From the sequence record NZ_CP039562.1: a DNA stretch of 64,000 nucleotides; one strand, written 5' to 3'. The position numbers and the translations under genes are program-made. Source of the DNA: a plasmid. Each line of letters begins with the position of its first letter. Position 1 is the first letter of the stretch. The notes under the pieces are model-generated. The model was not told the origin of the DNA. It saw only the letters and a list, made by a program, of their open reading frames with translations, and made no database searches. This document shows positions 21,005 to 30,383 of this stretch, one piece after another.

Positions 21005-21655
21005 ATGACAAAGTTGCAGCCGAATACAGTGATCCGTGCCGCCCTGGACCTGTTGAACGAGGTCGGCGTAGACGGTCTGACGACACGCAAACTGGCGGAA
21101 CGGTTGGGGGTTCAGCAGCCGGCGCTTTACTGGCACTTCAGGAACAAGCGGGCGCTGCTCGACGCACTGGCCGAAGCCATGCTGGCGGAGAATCATACGC
21201 ATTCGGTGCCGAGAGCCGACGACGACTGGCGCTCATTTCTGATCGGGAATGCCCGCAGCTTCAGGCAGGCGCTGCTCGCCTACCGCGATGGCGCGCGCAT
21301 CCATGCCGGCACGCGACCGGGCGCACCGCAGATGGAAACGGCCGACGCGCAGCTTCGCTTCCTCTGCGAGGCGGGTTTTTCGGCCGGGGACGCCGTCAAT
21401 GCGCTGATGACAATCAGCTACTTCACTGTTGGGGCCGTGCTTGAGGAGCAGGCCGGCGACAGCGATGCCGGCGAGCGCGGCGGCACCGTTGAACAGGCTC
21501 CGCTCTCGCCGCTGTTGCGGGCCGCGATAGACGCCTTCGACGAAGCCGGTCCGGACGCAGCGTTCGAGCAGGGACTCGCGGTGATTGTCGATGGATTGGC
21601 GAAAAGGAGGCTCGTTGTCAGGAACGTTGAAGGACCGAGAAAGGGTGACGATTGA
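21005..21655 (+). CDS. tetR(A): tetracycline repressor TetR(A)
   Basis: MTKLQPNTVIRAALDLLNEVGVDGLTTRKLAERLGVQQPALYWHF... 216 aa. Divergent from tetA. Confidence 0.9.
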   Translation: MTKLQPNTVIRAALDLLNEVGVDGLTTRKLAERLGVQQPALYWHFRNKRALLDALAEAMLAENHTHSVPRADDDWRSFLIGNARSFRQALLAYRDGARIHAGTRPGAPQMETADAQLRFLCEAGFSAGDAVNALMTISYFTVGAVLEEQAGDSDAGERGGTVEQAPLSPLLRAAIDAFDEAGPDAAFEQGLAVIVDGLAKRRLVVRNVEGPRKGDD

Positions 21656-22128
21656 TCAGGACCGCTGCCGGAGCGCAACCCACTCACTACAGCAGAGCCA
21701 TGTAGACAACATCCCCTCCCCCTTTCCACCGCGTCAGACGCCCGTAGCAGCCCGCTACGGGCTTTTTCATGCCCTGCCCTAGCGTCCAAGCCTCACGGCC
21801 GCGCTCGGCCTCTCTGGCGGCCTTCTGGCGCTCCTGCTGCGGCGTCCGCTCGTGGGCCGTGGCGCGGGTCCGCGCGCCGGCCTCGTGCGCCTGGCGCTCG
21901 CGGGCGAGGTCCAGGGCGGCCGTCTTCACGTTCTGCCTTGCGCAGATGAGATAGATCTAGCGTGGACTCAAGGCTCTCGCGAATGGCTCGCGTTGGAAAC
22001 TTTCATTGACACTTGAGGGGCACCGCAGGGAAATTCTCGTCCTTGCGAGAACCGGCTATGTCGTGCTGCGCATCGAGCCTGCGCCCTTGGCTTGTCTCGC
22101 CCCTCTCCGCGTCGCTACGGGGCTTCCA

Positions 22129-22209
22129 GGGGTCGTTTGCGGGAAGGGGCGGAATCCTACGCTAAGGCTTTGGCCAGCGATATTCTCCGGTGAGATTGAT
22201 GTGTTCCCA
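22129..22209. repeat. Tn5393 terminal inverted repeat (81 bp) downstream of strB
   Basis: GGGGTCGTTTGCGGGAAGGGGCGGAATCCTACGCTAAGGCTTTGGCC... matches the Tn5393 IR as I recall it. Confidence 0.6.
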
Positions 22210-22234
22210 GGGGATAGGAGAAGTCGCTTGATAT

Positions 22235-23071
22235 CTAGTATGACGTCTGTCGCACCTGCTTGATCGCGGCCGCGATAGCTAGATCGCGTTGCTCCTCTTC
22301 TCCATCCGCGTTCCAAGCTGCGGAAAGGCACCCATAAGCGTACGCCTGGTCGAGCAGGCGACGCGGATCGACGTCCAGCGCACGAGAGAATGCGTCCGCC
22401 ATCTGTGCAATGCGTCTAGGATCGAGACAAAGGTCGTCTCTGTCAGCCGGATCGTAGAACATATTGGCGGCGCCAAAGCCCACTTCACCGACCAGACCGA
22501 CGGGATCTATCACCAGCCAGCCGCGACTGGAGAACATGATGTTTTCATGATGCAGATCGCCATGTAGCCCACGCAGTTCCGAGGCATTGCTCATCATTTG
22601 ATCGGCTATAATCGCCGCGTGGACGTAGTCAGTTTGACAACCTGCGTTTTGATCATCGCGCGCCCGCTGAAACAAAGCTGCAAAGCGATCCCGGATCGGG
22701 AGAAGGGCAGAAGGCAGGGGTTCCTCAGATGCGGCATACAGCTTCGCCATTAGTTCCGCTGCAATTTCGGTCGCCTGGTAGTCGCCGTGCTCGGCAACGA
22801 TGTGAGAGAGCATTCGCTCCCCGGCATATTCGAGCAACATCAGATTGTTCTCACGACCGAGCAACCGGACTGCTCCCCTCCCATTGCGCCATACCAGATA
22901 GTCGGCCCCGCGCAGTTCATCAGCAATGTCTTCTATAGGTTTCAATCCCTTGACGATTGCAGGAGTCCCGTCTGGCAATGAAACTTTCCAAACGAGGCTG
23001 GAAAAGGTGTCCGCAATGAGAACAGGTTGCGAAACGTGCCAATGAGCAGGAAAAACAGGCGGCATGAACAT
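22235..23071 (-). CDS. strB: aminoglycoside 6-phosphotransferase APH(6)-Id (StrB)
   Basis: MFMPPVFPAHWHVSQPVLIADTFSSLVWKV..., 278 aa. Confidence 0.95.
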   Translation of the reverse strand: MFMPPVFPAHWHVSQPVLIADTFSSLVWKVSLPDGTPAIVKGLKPIEDIADELRGADYLVWRNGRGAVRLLGRENNLMLLEYAGERMLSHIVAEHGDYQATEIAAELMAKLYAASEEPLPSALLPIRDRFAALFQRARDDQNAGCQTDYVHAAIIADQMMSNASELRGLHGDLHHENIMFSSRGWLVIDPVGLVGEVGFGAANMFYDPADRDDLCLDPRRIAQMADAFSRALDVDPRRLLDQAYAYGCLSAAWNADGEEEQRDLAIAAAIKQVRQTSY

Positions 23072-23874
23072 CAACCCCAAGTCAGAGGGTCCAATCGCAG
23101 ATAGAAGGCAAGGCGTTCGCGGTCGGGGGCTTCGATCCCCAATACATTGAATAGGACAGCGAAGGCGCGCTCTGCTTCATCTGGCGCTGCCCAGTTCTCT
23201 TCGGCGTTAGCAATCATGAGTGCCAAATCGGCATAGCGATCTGCTGTTCCGAGCCGCCCAAGGTCGATCAGACCCGTGCATTGAAGAGTTTTAGGGTCCA
23301 CCATGAAGTTCGGCATGCAGGGATCACCATGGCAAACAACCATATCGGTGCGCTCTTGGTCGAGCCGCACCGGTAGCTCTCGTTCGACACGAGCCAAAAG
23401 ATCGAGCTGCGGCGTACTCTTGTCCTCGTCCGGTAAGAAGTCGGGATTGACGGCATTGCGGGACACCACATCAACGGCGCGTCCGAACATTCGCGACAGC
23501 CTGCGCTCAAACGGACATTGATCAACCGATAGGCTGTGAACAGCGCCAAGTTGCTGCCCCATTGACGGCCACGCTTTGAGCAAATCCGCTCCAGACAGAT
23601 CAGCCGCCGGTACTCCCGGAATTGCCGTTATCACCAAGCATGCACCCTCCTGTTCCTCCTGCCAGTTGATGACCTCGGGGCAAGCCACACCTCGACCTTT
23701 GAGCCAAATGAGGCGGTCACGCTCTCCAGCGAGCTCACCGCGGCGGGAAGCAGGTGCGATTTTCGCGAAGGCATGCCCGTCACCACGTCGAAAAACAAAA
23801 TCACCAGATTCTCCGCCTCTGACAGGCAACCAGTCAGAATGCGATTCACCAAAAAAAATATTAGTTCGATTCAA
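23071..23874 (-). CDS. strA: aminoglycoside 3''-phosphotransferase APH(3'')-Ib (StrA)
   Basis: MNRTNIFFGESHSDWLPVRGGESGDFVFRRGDGHAFAKIA..., 267 aa. Confidence 0.95.
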   Translation of the reverse strand: MNRTNIFFGESHSDWLPVRGGESGDFVFRRGDGHAFAKIAPASRRGELAGERDRLIWLKGRGVACPEVINWQEEQEGACLVITAIPGVPAADLSGADLLKAWPSMGQQLGAVHSLSVDQCPFERRLSRMFGRAVDVVSRNAVNPDFLPDEDKSTPQLDLLARVERELPVRLDQERTDMVVCHGDPCMPNFMVDPKTLQCTGLIDLGRLGTADRYADLALMIANAEENWAAPDEAERAFAVLFNVLGIEAPDRERLAFYLRLDPLTWG

Positions 23875-23934
23875 TGGAGGTTCCTTCAGTTTTCTGATGA
23901 AGCGCGAATATAGAGAAATATCCCGAATGTGCAG

Positions 23935-24750
23935 TTAACGAATTCTTGCGGTTTCTTTCAGCGCCGCCAATACCGCCAGCCCGTCGCGCAAGGGGCGCGG
24001 CTCGTGTGTGCGGATGAAGTCAGCTCCACCTGCGGCGGCGGCAAGCTCTGCAGCGAGTGTCGCGGCCCCGACATCCCCCGGACCACGGCCTGTGAGCGCG
24101 CGCAGAAAGGATTTGCGCGAAACAGACAGAAGCACCGGCAAATCGAAGCGCAGCCGCAATTCATCGAACCGCGCCAGCACCGAGAGCGAGGTTTCGGGAG
24201 CAGCCCCCAGAAAAAACCCCATGCCGGGATCAAGGACAAGGCGGTTGCGTTTGATACCGGCACCCGTCAGCGCCGCGATGCGCGCGTCAAAGAACGCCGC
24301 AATGTGATCCATGATGTCGCCAGCGGGTGCCTCGCGCCGATCTGCCTGCCCGTCTTGCACCGAATGCATAACGACGAGTTTGGCAGATGATTTCGCCAAT
24401 TGCGGATAGAACGCAGCGTCTGGAAAACCGCGAATATCATTGAGATAGGCCACACCACGCGACAAGGCATAGGCTTGCGTCGCGGGTTGATAACTGTCGA
24501 GCGAGACGGGAATGCCATCTGCCTTGAGCGCGTCCAGCACCGGCGCGATACGCGCGATTTCTGTGTCGGACGAAACAGGCGCGGCGTCGGGATTGCTGGA
24601 TGCCGGACCGAGGTCGATCACATCTGCCCCCTCGGCCATCAGCTTACGCGCCTGCGCAATGGCTGCGTCTGGCGCCAGATACCGGCCTCCATCGGAGAAA
24701 CTGTCCGAGGTTATGTTGACGATGCCGAAAATGATGAGCGATTTATTCAT
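23935..24750 (-). CDS. sul2: sulfonamide-resistant dihydropteroate synthase Sul2
   Basis: MNKSLIIFGIVNITSDSFSDGGRYLAPDAAIAQARKLMAEGADVIDLG..., 271 aa. Confidence 0.95.
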   Translation of the reverse strand: MNKSLIIFGIVNITSDSFSDGGRYLAPDAAIAQARKLMAEGADVIDLGPASSNPDAAPVSSDTEIARIAPVLDALKADGIPVSLDSYQPATQAYALSRGVAYLNDIRGFPDAAFYPQLAKSSAKLVVMHSVQDGQADRREAPAGDIMDHIAAFFDARIAALTGAGIKRNRLVLDPGMGFFLGAAPETSLSVLARFDELRLRFDLPVLLSVSRKSFLRALTGRGPGDVGAATLAAELAAAAGGADFIRTHEPRPLRDGLAVLAALKETARIR

Positions 24751-25056
24751 GGGGGCTTCTATAATAATAATAATCGAGCATGAGTCTCATACGGATGCTC
24801 GGGTCGAAAGGGAATCCCCAGGCGAGTAACCTGTTTGCGGTGATCCATTAGCTGCAGGAGCAGAATAGCATACATCTGGAAGCAAAGCCAGGAAAGCGGC
24901 CTATGGAGCTGTGCGGCAGCGCTCAGTAGGCAATTTTTCAAAATATTGTTAAGCCTTTTCTGAGCATGGTATTTTTCATGGTATTACCAATTAGCAGGAA
25001 AATAAGCCATTGAATATAAAAGATAAAAATGTCTTGTTTACAATAGAGTGGGATAA

Positions 25057-25368
25057 ATGGACGCTAAAGAACTGAACCACATGATAGCTGAGGCCTACAG
25101 CCGGGATTTGCAAAAGCCTGAGCTGGTATCGTTCAAAGAGGTGAGTCGCTGGGGGCGTAAGTACGGTTTCCCCGTCGTATGCACTCTGGCCGATGAAAGT
25201 GAAGAAAAGCAGATCCACTGGGCTGCCAGTTTGCTCATTCAAGTAGCCGGTACTTGGCCGCGAGAAGATATGCCGGAATTGCTCACACCGGAACGGGGCT
25301 CCGCGCTGTTCAACGATGCGATGCAGTTATTGGCGAATGGGCTTGGAGCAGCAAATCAATTGCGCTGA
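25057..25368 (+). CDS. hypothetical protein
   Basis: 103-aa ORF starting at ATG. Confidence 0.35.
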   Translation: MDAKELNHMIAEAYSRDLQKPELVSFKEVSRWGRKYGFPVVCTLADESEEKQIHWAASLLIQVAGTWPREDMPELLTPERGSALFNDAMQLLANGLGAANQLR

Positions 25369-25541
25369 CAGCACAAACCTTGTCAATAAGCGGCCTTCAT
25401 GGCCGTTTTTTTGTTTAAAGTTTGTTTTAACAGAACCATAATTAGATATTGCAGTATCATTTTATGATCGCTACAATCTTTCACATGTGAAAGTTTGGGG
25501 GTGGTCTTGATCACCTGCGAGAAACCAAAATAGAGGTGGGT

Positions 25542-26327
25542 ATGGCAAAAGTAATCAGCTTCGCCAACCAGAAAGGCGGAGTGGGTAAGAGTACCCTCTG
25601 TATCCAGCAGGCCTTTTATCTGGCGTTACAGAAGAAAAAGAAAGTGCTGGTCTTGGATATGGATGGTCAGGGGAACACGTCCTCTCGACTGGCCCCCAGA
25701 CGAGAGCTTGAGGATGGTGACTACGAGCCCATCCTCACAGGAACCAAAACCGCAGAGCTGTTCGCTTACGAGCTGGACGGCATTGAGGTCATGCACTGCC
25801 CTTGCGGTGCAGACCTCATTCATACGCCGAAAAACGACCCGGATCTGTTTGAGATGGAGGCTGTGCCTCTTGACCAGGCCATGAATCCGGCTCGCCATTT
25901 GGCTGAGCTGTTTGAGAACTACGACTACGTGCTGATTGATTGTCCGCCTAGCCTCGGCAGAAAGCTGGTGGCAGCGTTGGTGATGTCTACCCATGTGGCA
26001 TGTCCAGTAAAGCTCTCTGGCTTCGCTGTGGACGGCGTAGAAGGTCTCCTGAACACGATTATTGGTGTGCGCGAGGCGTACAACCAAGATTTGGAGATCC
26101 TGGGCATCGTGATCAACGACATGGACCGCTCTGTCAATCACGACAAAGCCCTCAAGTCGCTGGAGAACACAGTTCCGGATCTGTTGTTTGAGAACAAAAT
26201 TATGCACCGGCCTCCGCTCGATACGGCGACGACTGATGGCATCCCTGTCTGGGAGCTTCGCTATGGACATGTCGCGGCCAAAGAAGTTGAGGCGGTGTTG
26301 GAAGAACTATTAGAGAAGGTGGGCTAA
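25542..26327 (+). CDS. parA: ParA partition ATPase
   Basis: Deviant Walker A motif KGGVGKST. GAGGTGGG ribosome-binding site. The palindrome ACTTTCACATGTGAAAG sits about 50 bp upstream. Confidence 0.9.
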   Translation: MAKVISFANQKGGVGKSTLCIQQAFYLALQKKKKVLVLDMDGQGNTSSRLAPRRELEDGDYEPILTGTKTAELFAYELDGIEVMHCPCGADLIHTPKNDPDLFEMEAVPLDQAMNPARHLAELFENYDYVLIDCPPSLGRKLVAALVMSTHVACPVKLSGFAVDGVEGLLNTIIGVREAYNQDLEILGIVINDMDRSVNHDKALKSLENTVPDLLFENKIMHRPPLDTATTDGIPVWELRYGHVAAKEVEAVLEELLEKVG

Positions 26328-26330
26328 GCG

Positions 26331-27512
26331 ATGGCATTGAACAATTTAAAAGGCCTGTCCGAACTTGCTAAAGCCGCCAAAGGCAAGAAAGGCAAAGAGG
26401 TTCTTACCGTACCTGTTGACGACGTTGTATCCAAGGTCCAGGTTCGTAAGCGCTTCCGTAACATTGAAGAGCTGGCGGCAACCTTGCTGACCGAAGGGCA
26501 GCAGTCTCCGATCATCGTGTTCCCGAAGAACGAAGAAGGCAAGTTCGTCATCCAAAAAGGGGAGCGGCGTTGGAGAGCGTGTAAACACGCTGGTATCGAG
26601 ACCATTGACTTGGTGGTGAATGATAAGGTCCAGAACAACTTGGACGAGACTGCTGGTGAGCTGATCGAAAACATCCAGCGGGATGACTTGACTCCGGTAG
26701 AGATTGCCGAGGCGTTAAACCTGTTTATTGAAGAAGGTTGGAAGCAAAAGGATATTGCTGATCGGCTCGGTAAGAATATCACTTTCGTATCTACGCATCT
26801 GTCGTTGCTCAAGCTACCTGACTGTGTGCGTGAGTTATACGATAATGAAGTATGTTCTGATACAGAGACCTTGAATAACCTTCGTCTCTTGTTCGATCTG
26901 AATGAAGAAAGATGTCGCGCCGTCTGCGCGGTGGCTATGTCTGACGGGATTACTCGTAAACAAAGCCGTGAGCTGCTGAATGATGCCAAACGTATCAAAG
27001 ACGAAATGGAAAAAGGCCCACTGACTGGCTCCCACCAGAATGATGAGCTTGGCGCTGGCAACACCGACGAGCAATCCCTCAACTCGGGTGGGGATGGTAC
27101 GTCGGAACAAACCGGGAATGACGACCTGAACCTTGCCCAGGAGGAACTGGAAGGGGGTAAAAATTCCAATGGTCAGGACGATGATGACGAAGACCCTTTG
27201 CGTGATGAAGAGGGTGAGCACAAAGATCCTGTCAAGCAGCCAGATAACAGCGGCAAGGACAAAGATGAAGAAGGCGGTGATGCTCTTCCTCCTCTGCCGA
27301 AGGACAAGGAATGGAAGAACGTCCGGGCTGACAGTTTGATTTTTGCTGTCAACGTTAACCTGGATGGCGAGACCAAACGTGGAGTCATCATGACCGACCG
27401 TGTTGCTCTGGTTCCGTCTACTGTCTGGGTTAAAACGCTCGATGGCGAAGGCAAGGAAAAGCATGTTCATGTGCCTGTGTCAGACATTGAACTCCTGAGT
27501 GTCGAAGGCTAA
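26331..27512 (+). CDS. parB: ParB partition protein with a long acidic linker
   Basis: ParB N-terminal box (SPIIVFPKNE...GERRWRA), an HTH, and a 90-aa acidic low-complexity stretch. Confidence 0.85.
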   Translation: MALNNLKGLSELAKAAKGKKGKEVLTVPVDDVVSKVQVRKRFRNIEELAATLLTEGQQSPIIVFPKNEEGKFVIQKGERRWRACKHAGIETIDLVVNDKVQNNLDETAGELIENIQRDDLTPVEIAEALNLFIEEGWKQKDIADRLGKNITFVSTHLSLLKLPDCVRELYDNEVCSDTETLNNLRLLFDLNEERCRAVCAVAMSDGITRKQSRELLNDAKRIKDEMEKGPLTGSHQNDELGAGNTDEQSLNSGGDGTSEQTGNDDLNLAQEELEGGKNSNGQDDDDEDPLRDEEGEHKDPVKQPDNSGKDKDEEGGDALPPLPKDKEWKNVRADSLIFAVNVNLDGETKRGVIMTDRVALVPSTVWVKTLDGEGKEKHVHVPVSDIELLSVEG

Positions 27513-27560
27513 TAAAGGAGGCCCAGCCAGAGAGGTTGGGCCTGTCAAGAACAGGTGAAT

Positions 27561-27833
27561 ATGAAGATCTCACAGGACATGAAAAGAAAATTTGCTTTGG
27601 TGAATGCCCTGTCTAAAACGGAGAAGCCAAGTCTCCAAGACCTTCACAAGGCAACAAATATTCCTGAATCAACGATCAAGAGACAGTTGTCTGCCCTGCG
27701 TGATGAGTTCGGAATGAATATCTTGTTCGTCAGGGAGTCTACCGGCGAACGAGGTGCCACCGGCTACTACATGCTGACAGACTGGGGGATCTTAGACAGG
27801 TCTTCGTTCTTGAACCGGTACGGAAAACTGTAA
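27561..27833 (+). CDS. small HTH protein downstream of parB
   Basis: HTH-like segment IPESTIKRQLSALRDEFG. Followed by a terminator hairpin at 27866–27888. Confidence 0.45.
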   Translation: MKISQDMKRKFALVNALSKTEKPSLQDLHKATNIPESTIKRQLSALRDEFGMNILFVRESTGERGATGYYMLTDWGILDRSSFLNRYGKL

Positions 27834-27885
27834 GGTGCCATAGAGCAGCGCATTGAATGCAAAACCCGCCAATCGGCGGGTTTTT

Positions 27886-28521
27886 TTATGCTGCCACGGT
27901 AGCGGCGGTTGCTGGAGGTTTTTCGGCGTAGTAGGCGATGTTCTTGGTTCGTCTGCTAAGGGTGTCTATGCCGACGATACTCAGCGTTTTGGGAGTGGTA
28001 TTGCGGGACTCGAAATAATGGAATAGCTGGATCATGCAGCACTTCACCATCAACGGATCGATGTCTTCCAGGTAGATTGAGGCTTCTCTCAATGCTTCGG
28101 GACCGTGGTTCTCGATCAGGTTTTCCATCCAGTGAATGGCGTTGATGCCAGAACCACAGCAGGGCTCATAAAAGTCTGCCGAAGACTGTGAGCCAACAAT
28201 GAGTGACATCAAGCGGCCAATCTCTGGAGGAGTGGGGAAGTAATTGGTGCCCTTCTTGTGGAAGCCAGACATGCTTAGGACGTAACCCAAAACATCGCTG
28301 GTGGGGTCGCGCTTAATGGCGGCAGACAGGACGTGAGAGAGCTCGAAGGCGACCGGCTGAAGTTCTTCCGGGATCTCCTCCTTGGCTGGGTATAGGCCAG
28401 TCTGCAAGTATGCCCACTGGTCAATAAAGGCCTCAACAAACCGAGATGTGCCCATTCTGTATCGGGACTGCTCGATGAGAGATAAAGCCTTGGATGTAAG
28501 TTGCTGTGTTTCTGGTGACAT
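27886..28521 (-). CDS. small SAM-dependent methyltransferase-like protein
   Basis: FYEPCCGSG (motif I-like) and NYFPTPPEI (motif X-like). No canonical NPPY/DPPY motif. Confidence 0.45.
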   Translation of the reverse strand: MSPETQQLTSKALSLIEQSRYRMGTSRFVEAFIDQWAYLQTGLYPAKEEIPEELQPVAFELSHVLSAAIKRDPTSDVLGYVLSMSGFHKKGTNYFPTPPEIGRLMSLIVGSQSSADFYEPCCGSGINAIHWMENLIENHGPEALREASIYLEDIDPLMVKCCMIQLFHYFESRNTTPKTLSIVGIDTLSRRTKNIAYYAEKPPATAATVAA

Positions 28522-28612
28522 AAGCGCTCCAGTTTGTTCTGACGAAACATTCAAGAGGTAGAAACGAAGAACCCCGCCGAAGCGAGGTTCTTTGCTTTCC
28601 TGCCTGATCGCC

Positions 28613-28756
28613 TTAATGCCGAAGCAAAGACGTCTTGATAAAGTCGGGGCAACCGGACATTTCCCGGTCGATGAAGTCCTGACGTTTCGCCAGCGGCCAT
28701 TTCATGAACGCCGCGAGCGGGATGCGCTTATTCGTGTTAGTATTGCCTTGCAGCAT
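28613..28756 (-). CDS. unlisted small ORF (47 aa)
   Basis: TAAGGAG Shine-Dalgarno 7 nt upstream of the ATG. MLQGNTNTNKRIPLAAFMKWPLAKRQDF... Lies directly upstream of the methyltransferase-like gene. Confidence 0.3.
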   Translation of the reverse strand: MLQGNTNTNKRIPLAAFMKWPLAKRQDFIDREMSGCPDFIKTSLLRH

Positions 28757-29082
28757 AACAAAGCTCCTTAATTGCTTGATTGTGTTGTAAGGGCTGCAAC
28801 GAAGGTCGAAGAGCGATGCGGCCCTTATTTATGATTATTACAGCATCATAAAATAATATCAAGAGACAATAAAACGATACCAAGAAACAAAACTTTCACA
28901 TGTGAAAGTCTCCCCGCTGTCCACCTCGCACACTCCAAACGCCCAAACGCCCAAATAACTTGTCTATCTGCCCAAAATGGGCGCGTAAGCGTCCGATAGA
29001 AAGTAATTGTTAGTGAGATATTGACTACACGGAATATGGCTATATCATAGAATCATAAAATGATGCTGTAAAAGTGATATGT

Positions 29083-29460
29083 ATGCCAAAGCAAGCAAAT
29101 CATCTCCGTTTGAAGAAACCTTGCGCCAACTGTCCATTCCGGAAGGAGGGCGCTATCGAGCTGGCCCCTGGGCGATTAGAAGGCATCATCAACGACATCG
29201 TTGAAAACGACATGACGACGTTTCATTGCCACAAGACCGTGCACTCAAAGTCAGGTGGTGAATGGGATGAAGAGGGTAACTATGCACCTTCGGGACAAGA
29301 GTCGATGTGTGCCGGTGCTGCGGCTTACTTGATGAAAATAGGCAGGCCGACAGTGGCTATGCGAATTGCCTTTGCGTTTGGTGATGCAAAGGTGTCCGAC
29401 TGGGACGAAGCTCAAGAGCTGGTTGTCGAGCCTTTGGTACAAGGGGACCGAAATGAGTAA
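29083..29460 (+). CDS. Cys-rich hypothetical protein
   Basis: CANCPF...HCH...C motif. First gene of a long co-directional operon. Confidence 0.4.
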   Translation: MPKQANHLRLKKPCANCPFRKEGAIELAPGRLEGIINDIVENDMTTFHCHKTVHSKSGGEWDEEGNYAPSGQESMCAGAAAYLMKIGRPTVAMRIAFAFGDAKVSDWDEAQELVVEPLVQGDRNE

Positions 29461-29734
29461 GCGATATGCGGTAGTGCCGCATCCGAAACTGAAACGAGAG
29501 TACAAAGGTCGGCTGGTCAGAACTACTCGGGTACTAAAAAACGGCTGGGGGTTGATCCCTCTAGGGGCTGTGGCAACGGTCACGCATCAGTCTCCCAAGG
29601 GATCAGAACTGACCTTTGAACCATGCGACTGCTGCGGCCTGAAAGCCATTATCAGTCATGTAAGCATGGACTCCATTGAATTTATCGAACCGATTACTGA
29701 GGAAGAAGATGGACGAGAACAAGCTCAACATTGA
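29453..29734 (+). CDS. hypothetical protein
   Basis: ATG overlaps the preceding ORF. 93 aa with a CDCC motif. Confidence 0.35.
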   Translation: MSKRYAVVPHPKLKREYKGRLVRTTRVLKNGWGLIPLGAVATVTHQSPKGSELTFEPCDCCGLKAIISHVSMDSIEFIEPITEEEDGREQAQH

Positions 29735-30383
29735 AACGGTCGATGGGCACAACGAGCTGGTAGTCAGCTTTTTGTCCAGAATGGTAAGCCTGAGTGACGA
29801 GGAAAAGCAGACAGTATTGTCCTGCCTTCCGGACACCGGCAAACAAACAATCACCCAGCTCTATGAGGCGCTGCGTTCTCAAGGGCACCAGGATCTTGCA
29901 GAGAAAGTCGAACCATACCTCCAGCAGGGGGTGTTTGGGCCGATCTTCGATAACGCCAAGTCCAAGGTGTTCGTTCGGGACGAAGCGCCTTTTTTCCTCA
30001 TGGATGAAAATCCTTTGAACTGGGATGACGCTAAAGCATTCAATCGCCTACGTATGAGTACGACCTGTGTTCTTGGCCGTGGCGGCTGGACTATCGGTGA
30101 GCGCTTTGATGACCGCTTTGATACCGAGGTGGGCGGAACACAGCTTATCGTCACTCAGTCACTCAACGAAAAAGGTGAGATTGAAGGAGGACTTCCTACC
30201 TCGATGTCGCTGAATGACTTTGCTGAGTTCCCTAAACAGCCAAGGCCTCCTCAAATAGTCGATTACCAGGAAGACAAGCGATACACGCTTGAGGAAGCGG
30301 AAGCTATCCCTGAGCTCGCACCAGTGGTTCAGCGTCTGAAAGAGCGCATCGAAGAGTATGAGGAGAGAAGAGCCCATGATTGA
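29709..30383 (+). CDS. hypothetical protein
   Basis: 224-aa ORF in an overlapping operon. Confidence 0.4.
   Translation: MDENKLNIETVDGHNELVVSFLSRMVSLSDEEKQTVLSCLPDTGKQTITQLYEALRSQGHQDLAEKVEPYLQQGVFGPIFDNAKSKVFVRDEAPFFLMDENPLNWDDAKAFNRLRMSTTCVLGRGGWTIGERFDDRFDTEVGGTQLIVTQSLNEKGEIEGGLPTSMSLNDFAEFPKQPRPPQIVDYQEDKRYTLEEAEAIPELAPVVQRLKERIEEYEERRAHD

Noticed and set aside
25028-25048. A complete second ISCR2 upstream of sul2, as in the canonical CR2–glmM–sul2 unit.
   Set aside because: Only about 20 bp resembling the sequence beside ISCR2 terIS is present, and in the wrong orientation for an ISCR2 reading toward sul2. No tnp sequence exists between sul2 and parA.
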